A DNA stretch of 35,748 nt from positions 1-35,748 of IMG/VR virus record IMGVR_UViG_3300049381_000004; one strand, 5' to 3'. Origin of the DNA: a virus. Lineage: Duplodnaviria > Caudoviricetes. The notes beneath the pieces were generated by a model that saw only the letters and a list, made by a program, of their open reading frames with translations, searched no databases and was not told where the DNA came from. Shown one piece after another: positions 24,330-33,851 of this stretch (the first letter of the stretch is position 1; the number at the start of each line of letters is the position of its first letter). A program made the translations under genes and the position numbers.

Positions 24330-26062
24330 GTCGAGCCCTCTGCGTATAGCGTGGCGCCCACGATGTCACGCTTCACAGCGGCAGAGACGCGCACCTGAAA
24401 CACGCGATCTCGGGTCACGCCAAGGCGGCGCACAATGGCGCGGTTGCGGGTCTCCCCGATCTTGCCAATCGGCACCTGCTGCTCGGTGCCAAAGGTCTGG
24501 CCGCCATCATCAGACCACGACAGCATCATGTGCGGATCGACGTCCGCGGCAGCGCCGCTCGCCAGGCCAACGCCGGGCTTGAACTCGACCTGCAGTGAGC
24601 CGGTGAAAATGCGCTCGCGGTTCTCGCGGCTCCATATGTGCGGGCAGCGACGCAGGGCAATCAAAGGCTGGTCGTCATCGGTGTAGACCGTGCGGCTTAG
24701 CTGATAGAGCCGGCCGTTCGAGAAGTCGCCGACGATGCGCAGGTTCTGGAAATTCATGAAGCAATTCGAGCGATGCCGGCCGAACTGGGCAGTGCTCGAG
24801 TCAAAGCGCGCTCGCTGGTGCCACATGTCCGTCTCAAGGTCGTAGACCCACGTCGTTTCCTGCGTGGGGAAGCTGATCACGTAGAAGTGATGACCCTGCT
24901 CCATGTACGAGTAGGCCACGGCATCGAACACCAGCGGATAGTTGCTCATGGTGTTGGCCACGGCGGGCGTGGTCACAGATTTGGTCGTGTACTGCTCCGT
25001 CTTGACGACGTGCACGCCGCCTTCCTGGTTGTGGGCTAGCCACATCAGCGAGTCGCCGACCTTGGTGATCGAGTGCACGGCAGCGCAGCCCATTTGAGGC
25101 GCTGCGCCGGGGATGCGTTGGAAAGCAAAGTTCGCGCCGCCGGCATCGAACCAGATTTCGGTGTGCCGCTCGCCGACAATCCAGAGGTCACGCGAGAGCG
25201 CCTCGAGCGTCACGATGTTGTCGCTCGAGCTGTCGTTCTTGGCGAAGAATGAGCCGTCGAAAATGAGCGTGTAGGGCACCGGCGCATTGGTGTAGAAATT
25301 CTGGGTGGACGGTTGGTTGAAGATCAGCCAACCGTCAATGAAATCCACCTTGTCGGCGCCCAGGAAATTCGTGTCGGTGATCTGCGCGAAGTCATCCAAT
25401 ATCACCGTCAGCAGTGTCGGTCCTGGGGATGCATTGGCCGGGGTGTCAAGCGTGATGGTCCCCATGCTGCTGTTGATCGCCGCGACGCGCGTGCCGATGA
25501 CGATGCCTGCGCCATTGATCAGCTGACCCACGATCAGCTGAGTCGGAAGCGTGCCAGCGTACGGGACCGTCACGCTCAAGTTTGTCGGCGTGCCGGTGAA
25601 CGTAAAGGTCGCCGTCCCGGGTATCGCCGTGCCGTGACTGTCGATGCGGTAGTAGTAGCCATTGGGCCCGTCCACCAGCACGACGTAGCCACCGGCGCCG
25701 TTGTCACGGATCGCCACCGGGCCGGTGTTGGTCGCAAGCGTGCCGACCTGGAGATAGGCCAGCTGCGCGATAGACACGTTCGTCGGCGGCACTGCGACCG
25801 TGATCAGGTAGACGCGATCCGAGCGCACCACGATCGCCTCCTGGCCTCCTGGCAGCACCCATGCGCCACGCACCGGGCCGACTGCATCGAGCGTCAGCAG
25901 GCGATTGAGGCCCGGGCAGCCGAGCAATGCAGTGGGGGTCTTGGACTTGCTGTCCTTGCTGACCTCGACATACCAATTGATCAGACGCTGAAAGTCCTGA
26001 TCGGTGTCGGCGGCCTCATAGGCCTGGCCGACGATGCCAAAGTCAACGCCGCCTTGAGCCAT
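24326..26062 (-). CDS. Tail hub / packaged DNA stabilization protein (P22 gp10-like)
   Basis: RLINWY.E, DFIDGWLIF, G...TEIW, GH.FYVISFP...TWVYD..T..WHQR, WSDDGGQTF, RRLG..RDRVF. Confidence 0.92.
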   Translation of the reverse strand: MAQGGVDFGIVGQAYEAADTDQDFQRLINWYVEVSKDSKSKTPTALLGCPGLNRLLTLDAVGPVRGAWVLPGGQEAIVVRSDRVYLITVAVPPTNVSIAQLAYLQVGTLATNTGPVAIRDNGAGGYVVLVDGPNGYYYRIDSHGTAIPGTATFTFTGTPTNLSVTVPYAGTLPTQLIVGQLINGAGIVIGTRVAAINSSMGTITLDTPANASPGPTLLTVILDDFAQITDTNFLGADKVDFIDGWLIFNQPSTQNFYTNAPVPYTLIFDGSFFAKNDSSSDNIVTLEALSRDLWIVGERHTEIWFDAGGANFAFQRIPGAAPQMGCAAVHSITKVGDSLMWLAHNQEGGVHVVKTEQYTTKSVTTPAVANTMSNYPLVFDAVAYSYMEQGHHFYVISFPTQETTWVYDLETDMWHQRARFDSSTAQFGRHRSNCFMNFQNLRIVGDFSNGRLYQLSRTVYTDDDQPLIALRRCPHIWSRENRERIFTGSLQVEFKPGVGLASGAAADVDPHMMLSWSDDGGQTFGTEQQVPIGKIGETRNRAIVRRLGVTRDRVFQVRVSAAVKRDIVGATLYAEGST

Positions 26063-26065
26063 CGG

Positions 26066-27004
26066 TCAGCGAAAGCCCCCATGCAAAATGAAAGACGCGT
26101 CAACATGCCCGCTGCCATACAGCTCCGGATCAAACGACGCCACCGGCACCGGCTGCTTGTTGAGCTGCCGCACCTTCATGAGCGCATCGAGCATGTTTTT
26201 CTCCGCCGTCTGGCTCCACTCCTTGCTAAACTGCGGCGCGAACTCCTTGGCGAGGCACCACTTCAACATGCGCGAATAGCCCTGCGGCATGCGCACGTCG
26301 GTGGTGATGAGTGGGAAGTTGGTGAGCAACACATCCGAGAACAGATGGAGCTCACCGGCGCTTGAGGGCGCCTGATAGAACGACAGCTGCCCCAACGGCA
26401 TCGTCGGGTTGTACCACATGGCCACCGGCCAAGGAGCCGACTGCGCCTTGTAGCCGATCTCGATGTAGCGCTCGCGCGATGTTGCGATGATCGTGTAATC
26501 AAGTCCCGAGGTTCCCGTGATGCGGCTGAAAGAATCCAGCACGCGCAGGGGCCGCGACATTTTGAAGTCACCAGGGATCGTGTATCGGATCTGCTGCGCG
26601 CCCGGTGACAGCGTGGCATTGGCCGACATCGTGATGGTGCCAAGCCCCGGGTTCGTCGCGAGGATCGTCGTGCCCGTTGGAATGCCGGTGCCCGTGAGAT
26701 CACCGCCTGCGATCATGTCCGAGGGCACGCTCACGCCCGTGATCGTTGCGCTCGCGCTGGTGACCGTCCCGGCGAACTGGCCGGCGTCGTAGTTGCCAAC
26801 CGTGTACTGGTACTGGCCCGGGATGAAAGTAAAAATGTTCTCGTTGGTGCAGAAGAGTTGCGCGCGGTCGTTGTCCCATGACTCCAAGAGATCATTCAGC
26901 GTGGCCAGGCCATCCGTGGCATCGGCTCCGCTCAGCGCCTCACCGATGGCGTACGCGTTGATGTTGCGCAATGCGCCGGTGATGATGTCGGCGGCAGTGG
27001 TCAT
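26066..27004 (-). CDS. Head-to-tail adaptor (P22 gp4-like)
   Basis: MTTAADIITGALRNI...GEALSG.DATDGL.TLNDLLESW; MPQGY...LKWCLA.EFAP.F. Confidence 0.85.
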   Translation of the reverse strand: MTTAADIITGALRNINAYAIGEALSGADATDGLATLNDLLESWDNDRAQLFCTNENIFTFIPGQYQYTVGNYDAGQFAGTVTSASATITGVSVPSDMIAGGDLTGTGIPTGTTILATNPGLGTITMSANATLSPGAQQIRYTIPGDFKMSRPLRVLDSFSRITGTSGLDYTIIATSRERYIEIGYKAQSAPWPVAMWYNPTMPLGQLSFYQAPSSAGELHLFSDVLLTNFPLITTDVRMPQGYSRMLKWCLAKEFAPQFSKEWSQTAEKNMLDALMKVRQLNKQPVPVASFDPELYGSGHVDASFILHGGFR

Positions 27005-27348
27005 AGCTCATCCGCAGCAGTCACGTGCACCGCGCATACCCCGGGCGATGAGAAGAGATTCAGCAGGCCAAGGGCCAGGATGTTCAACGTGAGACTTGCA
27101 AGCTTGCGCACCTTGATGACCGCTGTGCTCGCGGTGGGGGCGCCTACGATCTCGGCGAAAAACTGATTTCCGGACGCATCCGACACCACTGTCGCATTGA
27201 CCACTGGGGGCGCCGAAAAGAGCCCGCCGGGGAAGGTGACTGTCAGGTCACCATTGCCGTCCGTGTTATGGACGCGGGAATATTTGACGTTCGTGTTGCC
27301 GTCGCTACCGTCGGCCCCATCTAAGCCCTGCCGCACTGCTTTGAGCAA
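27001..27348 (-). CDS. Small beta-rich virion accessory protein
   Basis: GGGGG SD + TTG; VTFP.GLFSAPPVVNAT fibre-tip-like motif. Confidence 0.65.
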   Translation of the reverse strand: MLKAVRQGLDGADGSDGNTNVKYSRVHNTDGNGDLTVTFPGGLFSAPPVVNATVVSDASGNQFFAEIVGAPTASTAVIKVRKLASLTLNILALGLLNLFSSPGVCAVHVTAADEL

Positions 27349-27360
27349 AGCGCATCCCCC

Positions 27361-27738
27361 TTAGATACCCGATCCGCGCGTGAACATCACAGAGGTAGAT
27401 CCTGCTGGCCCACCATCTGCGAACACCGATGCCCCGGTAACCTCGGCATCGACGCTCACCACCACGACAGAGCCGGGCGGCACTGGGTAGTCGGTAAGTA
27501 CGGAAGCACGGACAGCGCCAAAGACGCCGAAGTTCACGTGTACCCAAACACTCGTCTTGTTGGAGATCTGGATCTGCACCAGGGAGTTGTTGCCTGCCTG
27601 GCCTGGAAAGATCGCGCTGGCCACCGCCGTGGCGTTCACTGCCACGACCGTGACACTCGGCAGGCACTGGCCTACAACCGGGCCGGCAATGATGCCAGTA
27701 CGGTTGTAGGCCGGCGCAAACGATCGCAGCTCGTTCAC
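27361..27738 (-). CDS. Beta-rich virion accessory protein
   Basis: Coupled in structural operon; ends FTRGSGI. Confidence 0.7.
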   Translation of the reverse strand: MNELRSFAPAYNRTGIIAGPVVGQCLPSVTVVAVNATAVASAIFPGQAGNNSLVQIQISNKTSVWVHVNFGVFGAVRASVLTDYPVPPGSVVVVSVDAEVTGASVFADGGPAGSTSVMFTRGSGI

Positions 27739-28073
27739 GAGATCCCCGTGGGCACAGTGGCGCGGTCGGGGTAGTCGTGGCGAACTACGAACAACAGATA
27801 TGACTCGGTGGTCGGCACGATGCCCGAGCCGGTGTTGTTCATGAACGTAAGTGCTAAGGTGTCATCAGCGCTCACGCGTGCATTGACCACTCCAAGCCCG
27901 GCCTGGTGAGAGGGCTTGTTGACAGCCACATAGTCGAAGCCTGCGTCCAGCCCGGGGACCGTGAAAGTACGCTCCACAGTCGTATTGGCGCCCACAGACG
28001 CCGTTGCGATCGGCACCGACAACATGAAAACGTTGCGGATGTTCCCGATCGGATTCATTGAAGCGCCAGCCAT
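27735..28073 (-). CDS. Putative capsid decoration protein (paralog B)
   Basis: SVGANTT.ERTFTVPGL..G.D.VAVNKPSHQAGL...NARVSA.DTL.LTF.N.T. Confidence 0.7.
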   Translation of the reverse strand: MAGASMNPIGNIRNVFMLSVPIATASVGANTTVERTFTVPGLDAGFDYVAVNKPSHQAGLGVVNARVSADDTLALTFMNNTGSGIVPTTESYLLFVVRHDYPDRATVPTGIS

Positions 28074-28504
28074 TATTGCACCGTCGTCGGCAGGCCCATC
28101 GTGGCCAGCGTGGTTGCTGTCTGACTGCGATTGCTCTGGTTGAATCGCATCACGGTGAGCAGGTACACGCCTGCTGCCGGCACGACACCGCCGGCCGTGG
28201 GGTTGACGAACGTCACATAGAACTTGTCGTTCACCGCGGGATCGACGCGGCAGTTGGCGAGCACCACGCCCGCCACATGCGAGGGCGCGTTGATCCCAAC
28301 GATGACGTCGCCGGCCAAGAGTCCGGTTGCGGCAGTGACCTGCGTCACGCCGTTGAGGCCGAACGACTGCTCAGCAGTGGTGATCGTGGCCACGCTGACG
28401 GGTGTCATGGTGACCGCGATGGTCTGAATCGTGACCTCGGTCGAATATGGCGACTGCGTGTTGACCGTGGTCGTGACGCTGGGCCCGAGATTTACTGAAG
28501 GCAT
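28073..28504 (-). CDS. Putative capsid decoration protein (paralog A)
   Basis: Immediately after coat; AGGAG SD; similar to 27735-28073. Confidence 0.72.
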   Translation of the reverse strand: MPSVNLGPSVTTTVNTQSPYSTEVTIQTIAVTMTPVSVATITTAEQSFGLNGVTQVTAATGLLAGDVIVGINAPSHVAGVVLANCRVDPAVNDKFYVTFVNPTAGGVVPAAGVYLLTVMRFNQSNRSQTATTLATMGLPTTVQ

Positions 28505-28543
28505 TGCATTGTCTCCTGGAGGTTGAGAGTTAGATGGCCGGTA

Positions 28544-29899
28544 TTACCCGTTCACCCGGACCCCCAGCTGGTTGTAAACACGGTCGAACCCATACAGCAC
28601 GTCGGCACGCGTGGGCTCGGCATCGTTGTTGATCGTGTACTGCCGCACCAGGCGGATACTCATGCCGATCTCCTTGTCGGAAGCACGTGCCGCCATGTCG
28701 ACACCACCAGGCAGCGGCAGGTCAGCGAAGGCCAGCGCGATTGCGCTCTTGTGCAGGATGAGGCCCTGCGGGCTCGCCTTACTTGCGTTGCCAGTGCCAC
28801 CGTTGACAGTGATGGCAGACGTCGCCGTGAATGCTGCCGTGGTGGTCGCGTTTTGGAACTGGCCGCCGGTGATCACTGCCTCGGCAATGCGAATCGACAG
28901 CGCGCCGGCACCGCCGCCGGAGGTGTACACACCCGTGGCAGCATCGAAGGTGCCGCTGGTGAGCGTGGCCGCTGCAAAGCGCAGGCCGGGGTTGGCCGCG
29001 CCGCTCGGCTGGTTCTCGTAGCCACCAGGAGGAATGACCACGAACTGTTTCAGCGCGCTGCCGTACTGCGTGCGGCTTTGCGGGTTGGCCGGAAATACGC
29101 CGGCAATCTGGATGATGTCGCCGACCTTGATGACGCCGGTGCTCGCGGTCCAGCCGTTGGTCTGGATGAAGCCATCCTGCGCCCAGCCGGTGGTCAGGAA
29201 TGCGCCGCCGGTGTTCGCGGTGAGCAGTGGCGTTCCGCCCTGCGCCCCGGTCACGAAGGTGACGATGTTCTGGTCCCTCCACCAGTCCATGCCGATCTGC
29301 TCTTTCGCCATGAACCCGCGGCGATAGTTCTCACTGATCGACATCTGCGGGTTGTACAGGCCCTTCATGCCGTCCGCTGCGAAGGCCGAGGTGAACGGGT
29401 CCAGCACGCAGTTGCGCGTGCCGCTCGAGCAGGCCTCGGCATCCAGGATTGCGTTGGCGAGCGCGTAGGTCAGGAACGAGGATGCGGGTACGCCGGGCGT
29501 GCCGACCGCATTCGGGATATTCTGGTACGCGAAGTACGCGCCGTCACTGTCGATGCGGTTCGCGACCGCCTCGATCATGGGCTTGCCGAATCGCTCGCGG
29601 AACTGGTCGATGCTGAGCAACAGATCCTGGGTCGTGAACTGCACGTCCACGTGGAACTGATTGCGCAGCGTGATCGGGATGAACGTCTCGTTGCTGTCCT
29701 CGACGTTGAGGGCGGCACCGAATGTACCGCGGTAGCGCGGCGGCCTGCGCACATTGACCGTGGCGCCGATCTTGGCGCCGCTGACCGCAAACTCGTCGTT
29801 GTATTCTCGCGTGAAGCACCCTGAGAGGGTGCACATATTGTCCAGCACATCCAACGAGTCGTTGGTGATGTAGCTGATCGTCAAGAGTTGATTCGCCAA
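28544..29899 (-). CDS. Major capsid protein (P22 coat family)
   Basis: MANQLLT..YIT...L..L.N, Y.DEF...GAKIG.TV.VR.P, GD...IAGV...NPQ, H..A.ALAF.DLPLP, R.DVLYG; GGAG + TTG start. Confidence 0.95.
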   Translation of the reverse strand: MANQLLTISYITNDSLDVLDNMCTLSGCFTREYNDEFAVSGAKIGATVNVRRPPRYRGTFGAALNVEDSNETFIPITLRNQFHVDVQFTTQDLLLSIDQFRERFGKPMIEAVANRIDSDGAYFAYQNIPNAVGTPGVPASSFLTYALANAILDAEACSSGTRNCVLDPFTSAFAADGMKGLYNPQMSISENYRRGFMAKEQIGMDWWRDQNIVTFVTGAQGGTPLLTANTGGAFLTTGWAQDGFIQTNGWTASTGVIKVGDIIQIAGVFPANPQSRTQYGSALKQFVVIPPGGYENQPSGAANPGLRFAAATLTSGTFDAATGVYTSGGGAGALSIRIAEAVITGGQFQNATTTAAFTATSAITVNGGTGNASKASPQGLILHKSAIALAFADLPLPGGVDMAARASDKEIGMSIRLVRQYTINNDAEPTRADVLYGFDRVYNQLGVRVNG

Positions 29900-29939
29900 G
29901 ATGATGCTCCAAGATAAGTTTGGCCATCACCTCGTCGAC

Positions 29940-31052
29940 TCACCTCGCTTGCGCTTTCCTCTGGGACTTGCGGTAGGCGAGATACTCCTGGGTCGTCATG
30001 TCGGCCGGATCCTTTACGATCGGCTCGCCAGCGCCCACAGAAGTGTCGGCAGGCGGTGGCGCCTTTGACACGTTCTTGGCTGGCGGTTCGACTTTGGGCT
30101 TGGGCTCTTCCTTCGGCTTGGGCTGCTCTTTTGGAGCCTCCTCGGCCTTCGGTTTCGCGCGCTCAGCTTCGATCGTCGCCTCCAGCCGGCCGAGAAACTT
30201 GATGGCTCTCTCAGCGTTCAGAGACATGAAGGTCGCGCGATCTTTGGCGTTCATTGCTAGGTGGTAGAGCAGGTGCGGGCCGAGCTCGGAGTCTTGGATG
30301 GATTCGAGCACCGACTTGGCGACGTCTTTCTCGCGGGCGAATGCCTCAGAGACAACGTGATGGAAGTCGGGTATCTCCTCCTCCACAGCAGCGAGCCGAG
30401 TTGCCCACGTCTCAGAGGCTTTGCTCTGGCGCGTGGTCTCTTCTGCTTCGCTCTGTTTTCGAGCCTTTTCCGTATCAGCCTGCTCGCGATCCCACACTGC
30501 AAAGGCACGTGCGTACGCGGCGACATTCGGAAAGTCTTCTGGCTTTGGCTCTTCGCCTGCGGCCCGGGTGGGCTTGGGATCCTCGGGCTTCGGCTTACCC
30601 TTTCCGGCAAGCTCGGCTTCGAGTTCCTTGACCCTTTTCTCTGCATCGAGTCGGAGCTTGCGTTGCAGCTCGGCGAACTCGGTTGCCTCTTTCATCTCCC
30701 GGTGTTTCTTGCCGATGACCTTGCGGGCACGCTCTGGTAGATCATCCTCAGAGGGTTCCTCGGCCTTCGGCTTCGCGGACGGGTCCGCGCGAGTTTCTTT
30801 TACCGTACCCTTCTGAGTATCGTCAAGTTTTTTTGAATCATCGAGCTTCGGCGCATCGACCTTGGCCTCGGGTTCCGGGGTCTTTGCCGGCTCGGCCTTG
30901 GGCTCAGCCTTGGATTCTGGGGCTGGCGTCACGACGCCGTTTCGCTTGATCGCGATCTTGGCGCGCGTGGTCTGGGGCAGATTGGGGTCTTGCTCCACCT
31001 TGCCGGTGGTCACGAGTTCGACGAGATTCTTCGCGGTAACAACTGTCGCCAT
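29940..31052 (-). CDS. Scaffolding protein
   Basis: Glu/Lys/Pro-rich, EPKPEDF...Y, S.LGP.LLYHLA, C-terminal MTTQEYLAYRK; directly upstream of coat. Confidence 0.88.
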   Translation of the reverse strand: MATVVTAKNLVELVTTGKVEQDPNLPQTTRAKIAIKRNGVVTPAPESKAEPKAEPAKTPEPEAKVDAPKLDDSKKLDDTQKGTVKETRADPSAKPKAEEPSEDDLPERARKVIGKKHREMKEATEFAELQRKLRLDAEKRVKELEAELAGKGKPKPEDPKPTRAAGEEPKPEDFPNVAAYARAFAVWDREQADTEKARKQSEAEETTRQSKASETWATRLAAVEEEIPDFHHVVSEAFAREKDVAKSVLESIQDSELGPHLLYHLAMNAKDRATFMSLNAERAIKFLGRLEATIEAERAKPKAEEAPKEQPKPKEEPKPKVEPPAKNVSKAPPPADTSVGAGEPIVKDPADMTTQEYLAYRKSQRKAQAR

Positions 31053-31174
31053 GGGTTGGAGTGCCTTTTGCAAGCTGCGCACCCCATGACTGCGCCACGC
31101 CCAGGGAGGTCACACTGCGCAAACCGCCCTGGGTAGCGGCTTTTCGGCTGGCCGGCCTATGCGCAGCGAGATTT

Positions 31175-31405
31175 CTAATCGATAAGCTTTAGGGCTCGAT
31201 CTGCCATCGCATGGATACGACCAAGCGCCCACAGGGTCATCTGGCGCAGCTGCAAGTGCGATACGCTGACTTCATGCTGTATTACATCTTCAGTTCGGCA
31301 ATAGGTTGGGGCGGGATCCTGAAGCCACTTCCACGCTGGCGCGCCGCACCTATGGCACTCTGAATCAGTAGCACCCCTGCAAAAATGCTCAAATTGGCGT
31401 GTCAT
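31175..31405 (-). CDS. Hypothetical CxxC protein (insert between portal and scaffold)
   Basis: ATGA-coupled start MTRQFEHF; CHRC. Confidence 0.55.
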   Translation of the reverse strand: MTRQFEHFCRGATDSECHRCGAPAWKWLQDPAPTYCRTEDVIQHEVSVSHLQLRQMTLWALGRIHAMADRALKLID

Positions 31406-31749
31406 TCGAGTCCAGGCGCCGTTGGCGGAACAGGGATCGAGAAGCGCCGGAGGCCTCGATTCGTGCCGTAGTAGATGCAATCCTGCGACCAGCGGATGTC
31501 ATCCCACGTGATGTCGTAGCGCATGCCATAGACCGGCAGGTGCAGGCATACGAAATATTCTTGAGACTCCGCGCAACTCGTCATCGCGCGAAAGTCGTTT
31601 CTGTAAGTTATCACGCCGACAGTGAGCCACTGGTTCGGCATCGGAAGGCGCCAGCTGTAATGCTTCAGGCCCAGCCATTCATTCGCGGCAGCGATCAGAA
31701 GCACCAGAAGCGCAGCGTAGGCAAGCAGGATCCAGTGAAGCAGCGTCAT
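31402..31749 (-). CDS. Hypothetical protein with N-terminal TM (insert)
   Basis: LLHWILLAYAALLVLLIAAA; ATGA-coupled to the portal stop. Confidence 0.65.
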   Translation of the reverse strand: MTLLHWILLAYAALLVLLIAAANEWLGLKHYSWRLPMPNQWLTVGVITYRNDFRAMTSCAESQEYFVCLHLPVYGMRYDITWDDIRWSQDCIYYGTNRGLRRFSIPVPPTAPGLE

Positions 31750-33851
31750 TCGAGCCCCTTCTGAATCAACCTGTCTGCCGCCCGCTCCTCGCTCGCCGAC
31801 TCCACCTGAGAGTTGAGCAGCTGAGTCGCGGCATTGATCTCTGCGACATCGCGACGCGTGGTCGCATCCGACTCGATCTGCAGCCGCTTGGTCTTATCGT
31901 CACGCTCGGATTTCTCGTTCGCACTCTCAATCTTGGCGGCGGCGATGCTGCCGGCGTACTTGATCTCGAGGGCCTGCTGCTTGGTCAGCTCGGTGAGCTG
32001 CTGCACCTGCTGCTGGAGCGAGTCAACGATGGACTTGGCCTGCGGCGAGAGGCCCTCGACGGCCTTTTTCAAAGCCTCGGGCACGTCTGGCACCATGCGG
32101 TCGGCCAGCTCCTGGGCGCCGGTGAACGGCATGTTGCGGATTACGAGGTCCGAGCCCTTGGCCGCCACTGCAGGCCCGAGCGGGGTGTCGAGCAGGCTCA
32201 ACATGCCCTCGGCGCCCTCTTCCTGGGCCGTGCGGTAGTCTGGGCCGGCATCCATGATGATGTCGTAGGTGCCGTCTTCGAGGTTCTTCGCGACCTGATA
32301 GTTGCCGTCGGGATCAGCTGCTGCCGCATCGGGGTCCGCATCGCCCGTGGCATTGATGCGCACCATCTTGGCGCTGCCATCCTCACCCACGATGCGCTGC
32401 TGGCGATCGGTGTCGTAGTAGTACGGAATCAGATCCAGCAGGATCATGCCAGTCCACATCACCGCCAGCGCCTGGTTGTCGGAGTACTGGAAGTGCATCA
32501 GGTCGCGCTCGCGCATGCGGCGCTGCAGGTACTTGTTGCCGCTCACGACGCGCCCCTGCTCGATGGGATTTTCCATCGGCATGCCCGACATGGCGGTGAG
32601 ATTCATCAGCGCCATTTGCGAGGCGTTGAGCTCGCCCTCTGGGATGGGCGTCGGCGGTTGACGCTGAGGCGGTGGAATCGGCTGGCCGTCCGGGCCCATG
32701 ACAGGCGTATAGACCAGCTTGCTGTTGGCCCTGCGGTTTGCATTGTCCCACTCGGGATGATTGTCCGTCTGGCCCTCGGCAACGACCCAGGGGGCCTTGG
32801 GGGCAAGTGCAACCTTCTCGGTGGCGCTCGAGGTCCAGTAATTAAACATGCGCGCGGGGTCCATCATGTTGCGGACCATGCCCCAGCGCAGAATCTCGCC
32901 CTCGATGTTGATCTCGTTACCAAGGCATCGCACCACGGGGATGTAGCGGCCTGGCAAGTCCTCCTGCTCGAGCACCTCGATGCCGCCGAGCACGTAGCGC
33001 TGCACCTGATCGCGCGTTGTGGGCCGCGTTTTCTGCCGGCCGCGCTCATCGACGAACGGACGCCAGCCGGTCTGTGCCATGACGTCTTCCGAGAGTTCCG
33101 AGCGCAGCGCGGTGCGCCCATCGTTCATCAGAACGAGCGTGTCAGGCACGCGATAGATGCGGAAATAGCGGCACACGCGCACGTTGTCGCGCGTCTCCCA
33201 CTTGTAGTTGTCATCGCCGACCGCGGCGCGGTTCCAATCCTTGTTAGGCGCCTTCGGGTACTTGGCCTTGTACTCCTGGCGGCTCATGTTGCCGGTGATC
33301 AGGAACCACGTGCGCTCCTCACCGCAGGGGGAGGTCGCCAACGGATCGTCGTAGCAGGCAAAGGCGTTCGTGATCGCCTTGATGATCAGGTCCTGGTCGA
33401 AACTGCGCGGATTGCAGTACTTGCCGCAAATCTCCCAGTAGCCCCAGCCGACGTTCTGCGCACTACGTACGCCTGCATCGTAGGCAATCTCGGCGTTGCT
33501 CAGGTTCTGGATGTGCCTCATCAACGAGTCGATGACTCGCGCCTTCTCGACGCTCGCATTGCCCCCCATGGGCTGGCACTTGATGCGCGGGCGCTGCTGC
33601 TTCAGCTGGTTCTCGACGCGCTGACAGTTGGCATCGGTGTGATTGATGGTGAGGCAGGGGCGCGCCTCGACAACCCGCTGCTGGCGGATCGACTTTTCCC
33701 ACTGCTCCTCGTAGCGAAAGCGCAGGGCCTCGATACCGCGGGTGCGGTTCTTGCTCTCGTATGTCTCAGCCTGGGTGAAGCGATGCTTGGCCTCGAGGAA
33801 GATTTCGCGCTTATTGACGGCGGGCTTTTCTAGGTCGAGGAGCTCACTCAT
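31746..33851 (-). CDS. Portal protein (P22-like)
   Basis: QW...R....RPCLTIN, G.GYW, YIPVV...G, GMVRNMMDPARMFNYW.S, G.YDI..DAGP.Y.T..EE, C-terminal coiled-coil barrel. Confidence 0.95.
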   Translation of the reverse strand: MSELLDLEKPAVNKREIFLEAKHRFTQAETYESKNRTRGIEALRFRYEEQWEKSIRQQRVVEARPCLTINHTDANCQRVENQLKQQRPRIKCQPMGGNASVEKARVIDSLMRHIQNLSNAEIAYDAGVRSAQNVGWGYWEICGKYCNPRSFDQDLIIKAITNAFACYDDPLATSPCGEERTWFLITGNMSRQEYKAKYPKAPNKDWNRAAVGDDNYKWETRDNVRVCRYFRIYRVPDTLVLMNDGRTALRSELSEDVMAQTGWRPFVDERGRQKTRPTTRDQVQRYVLGGIEVLEQEDLPGRYIPVVRCLGNEINIEGEILRWGMVRNMMDPARMFNYWTSSATEKVALAPKAPWVVAEGQTDNHPEWDNANRRANSKLVYTPVMGPDGQPIPPPQRQPPTPIPEGELNASQMALMNLTAMSGMPMENPIEQGRVVSGNKYLQRRMRERDLMHFQYSDNQALAVMWTGMILLDLIPYYYDTDRQQRIVGEDGSAKMVRINATGDADPDAAAADPDGNYQVAKNLEDGTYDIIMDAGPDYRTAQEEGAEGMLSLLDTPLGPAVAAKGSDLVIRNMPFTGAQELADRMVPDVPEALKKAVEGLSPQAKSIVDSLQQQVQQLTELTKQQALEIKYAGSIAAAKIESANEKSERDDKTKRLQIESDATTRRDVAEINAATQLLNSQVESASEERAADRLIQKGLE

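Noticed and set aside
27305-27355. ATG-initiated 16-aa ORF out of frame with 27001-27348 as another frameshift case
   Set aside because: An in-frame TTG at suitable SD spacing explains the gene; no slippery heptamer
28523-29824. Long + strand ORFs opposite the coat, portal (32493-33833) and gp10 (25313-26365) genes
   Set aside because: Antisense shadows typical of high-GC coding DNA; no motifs or SD
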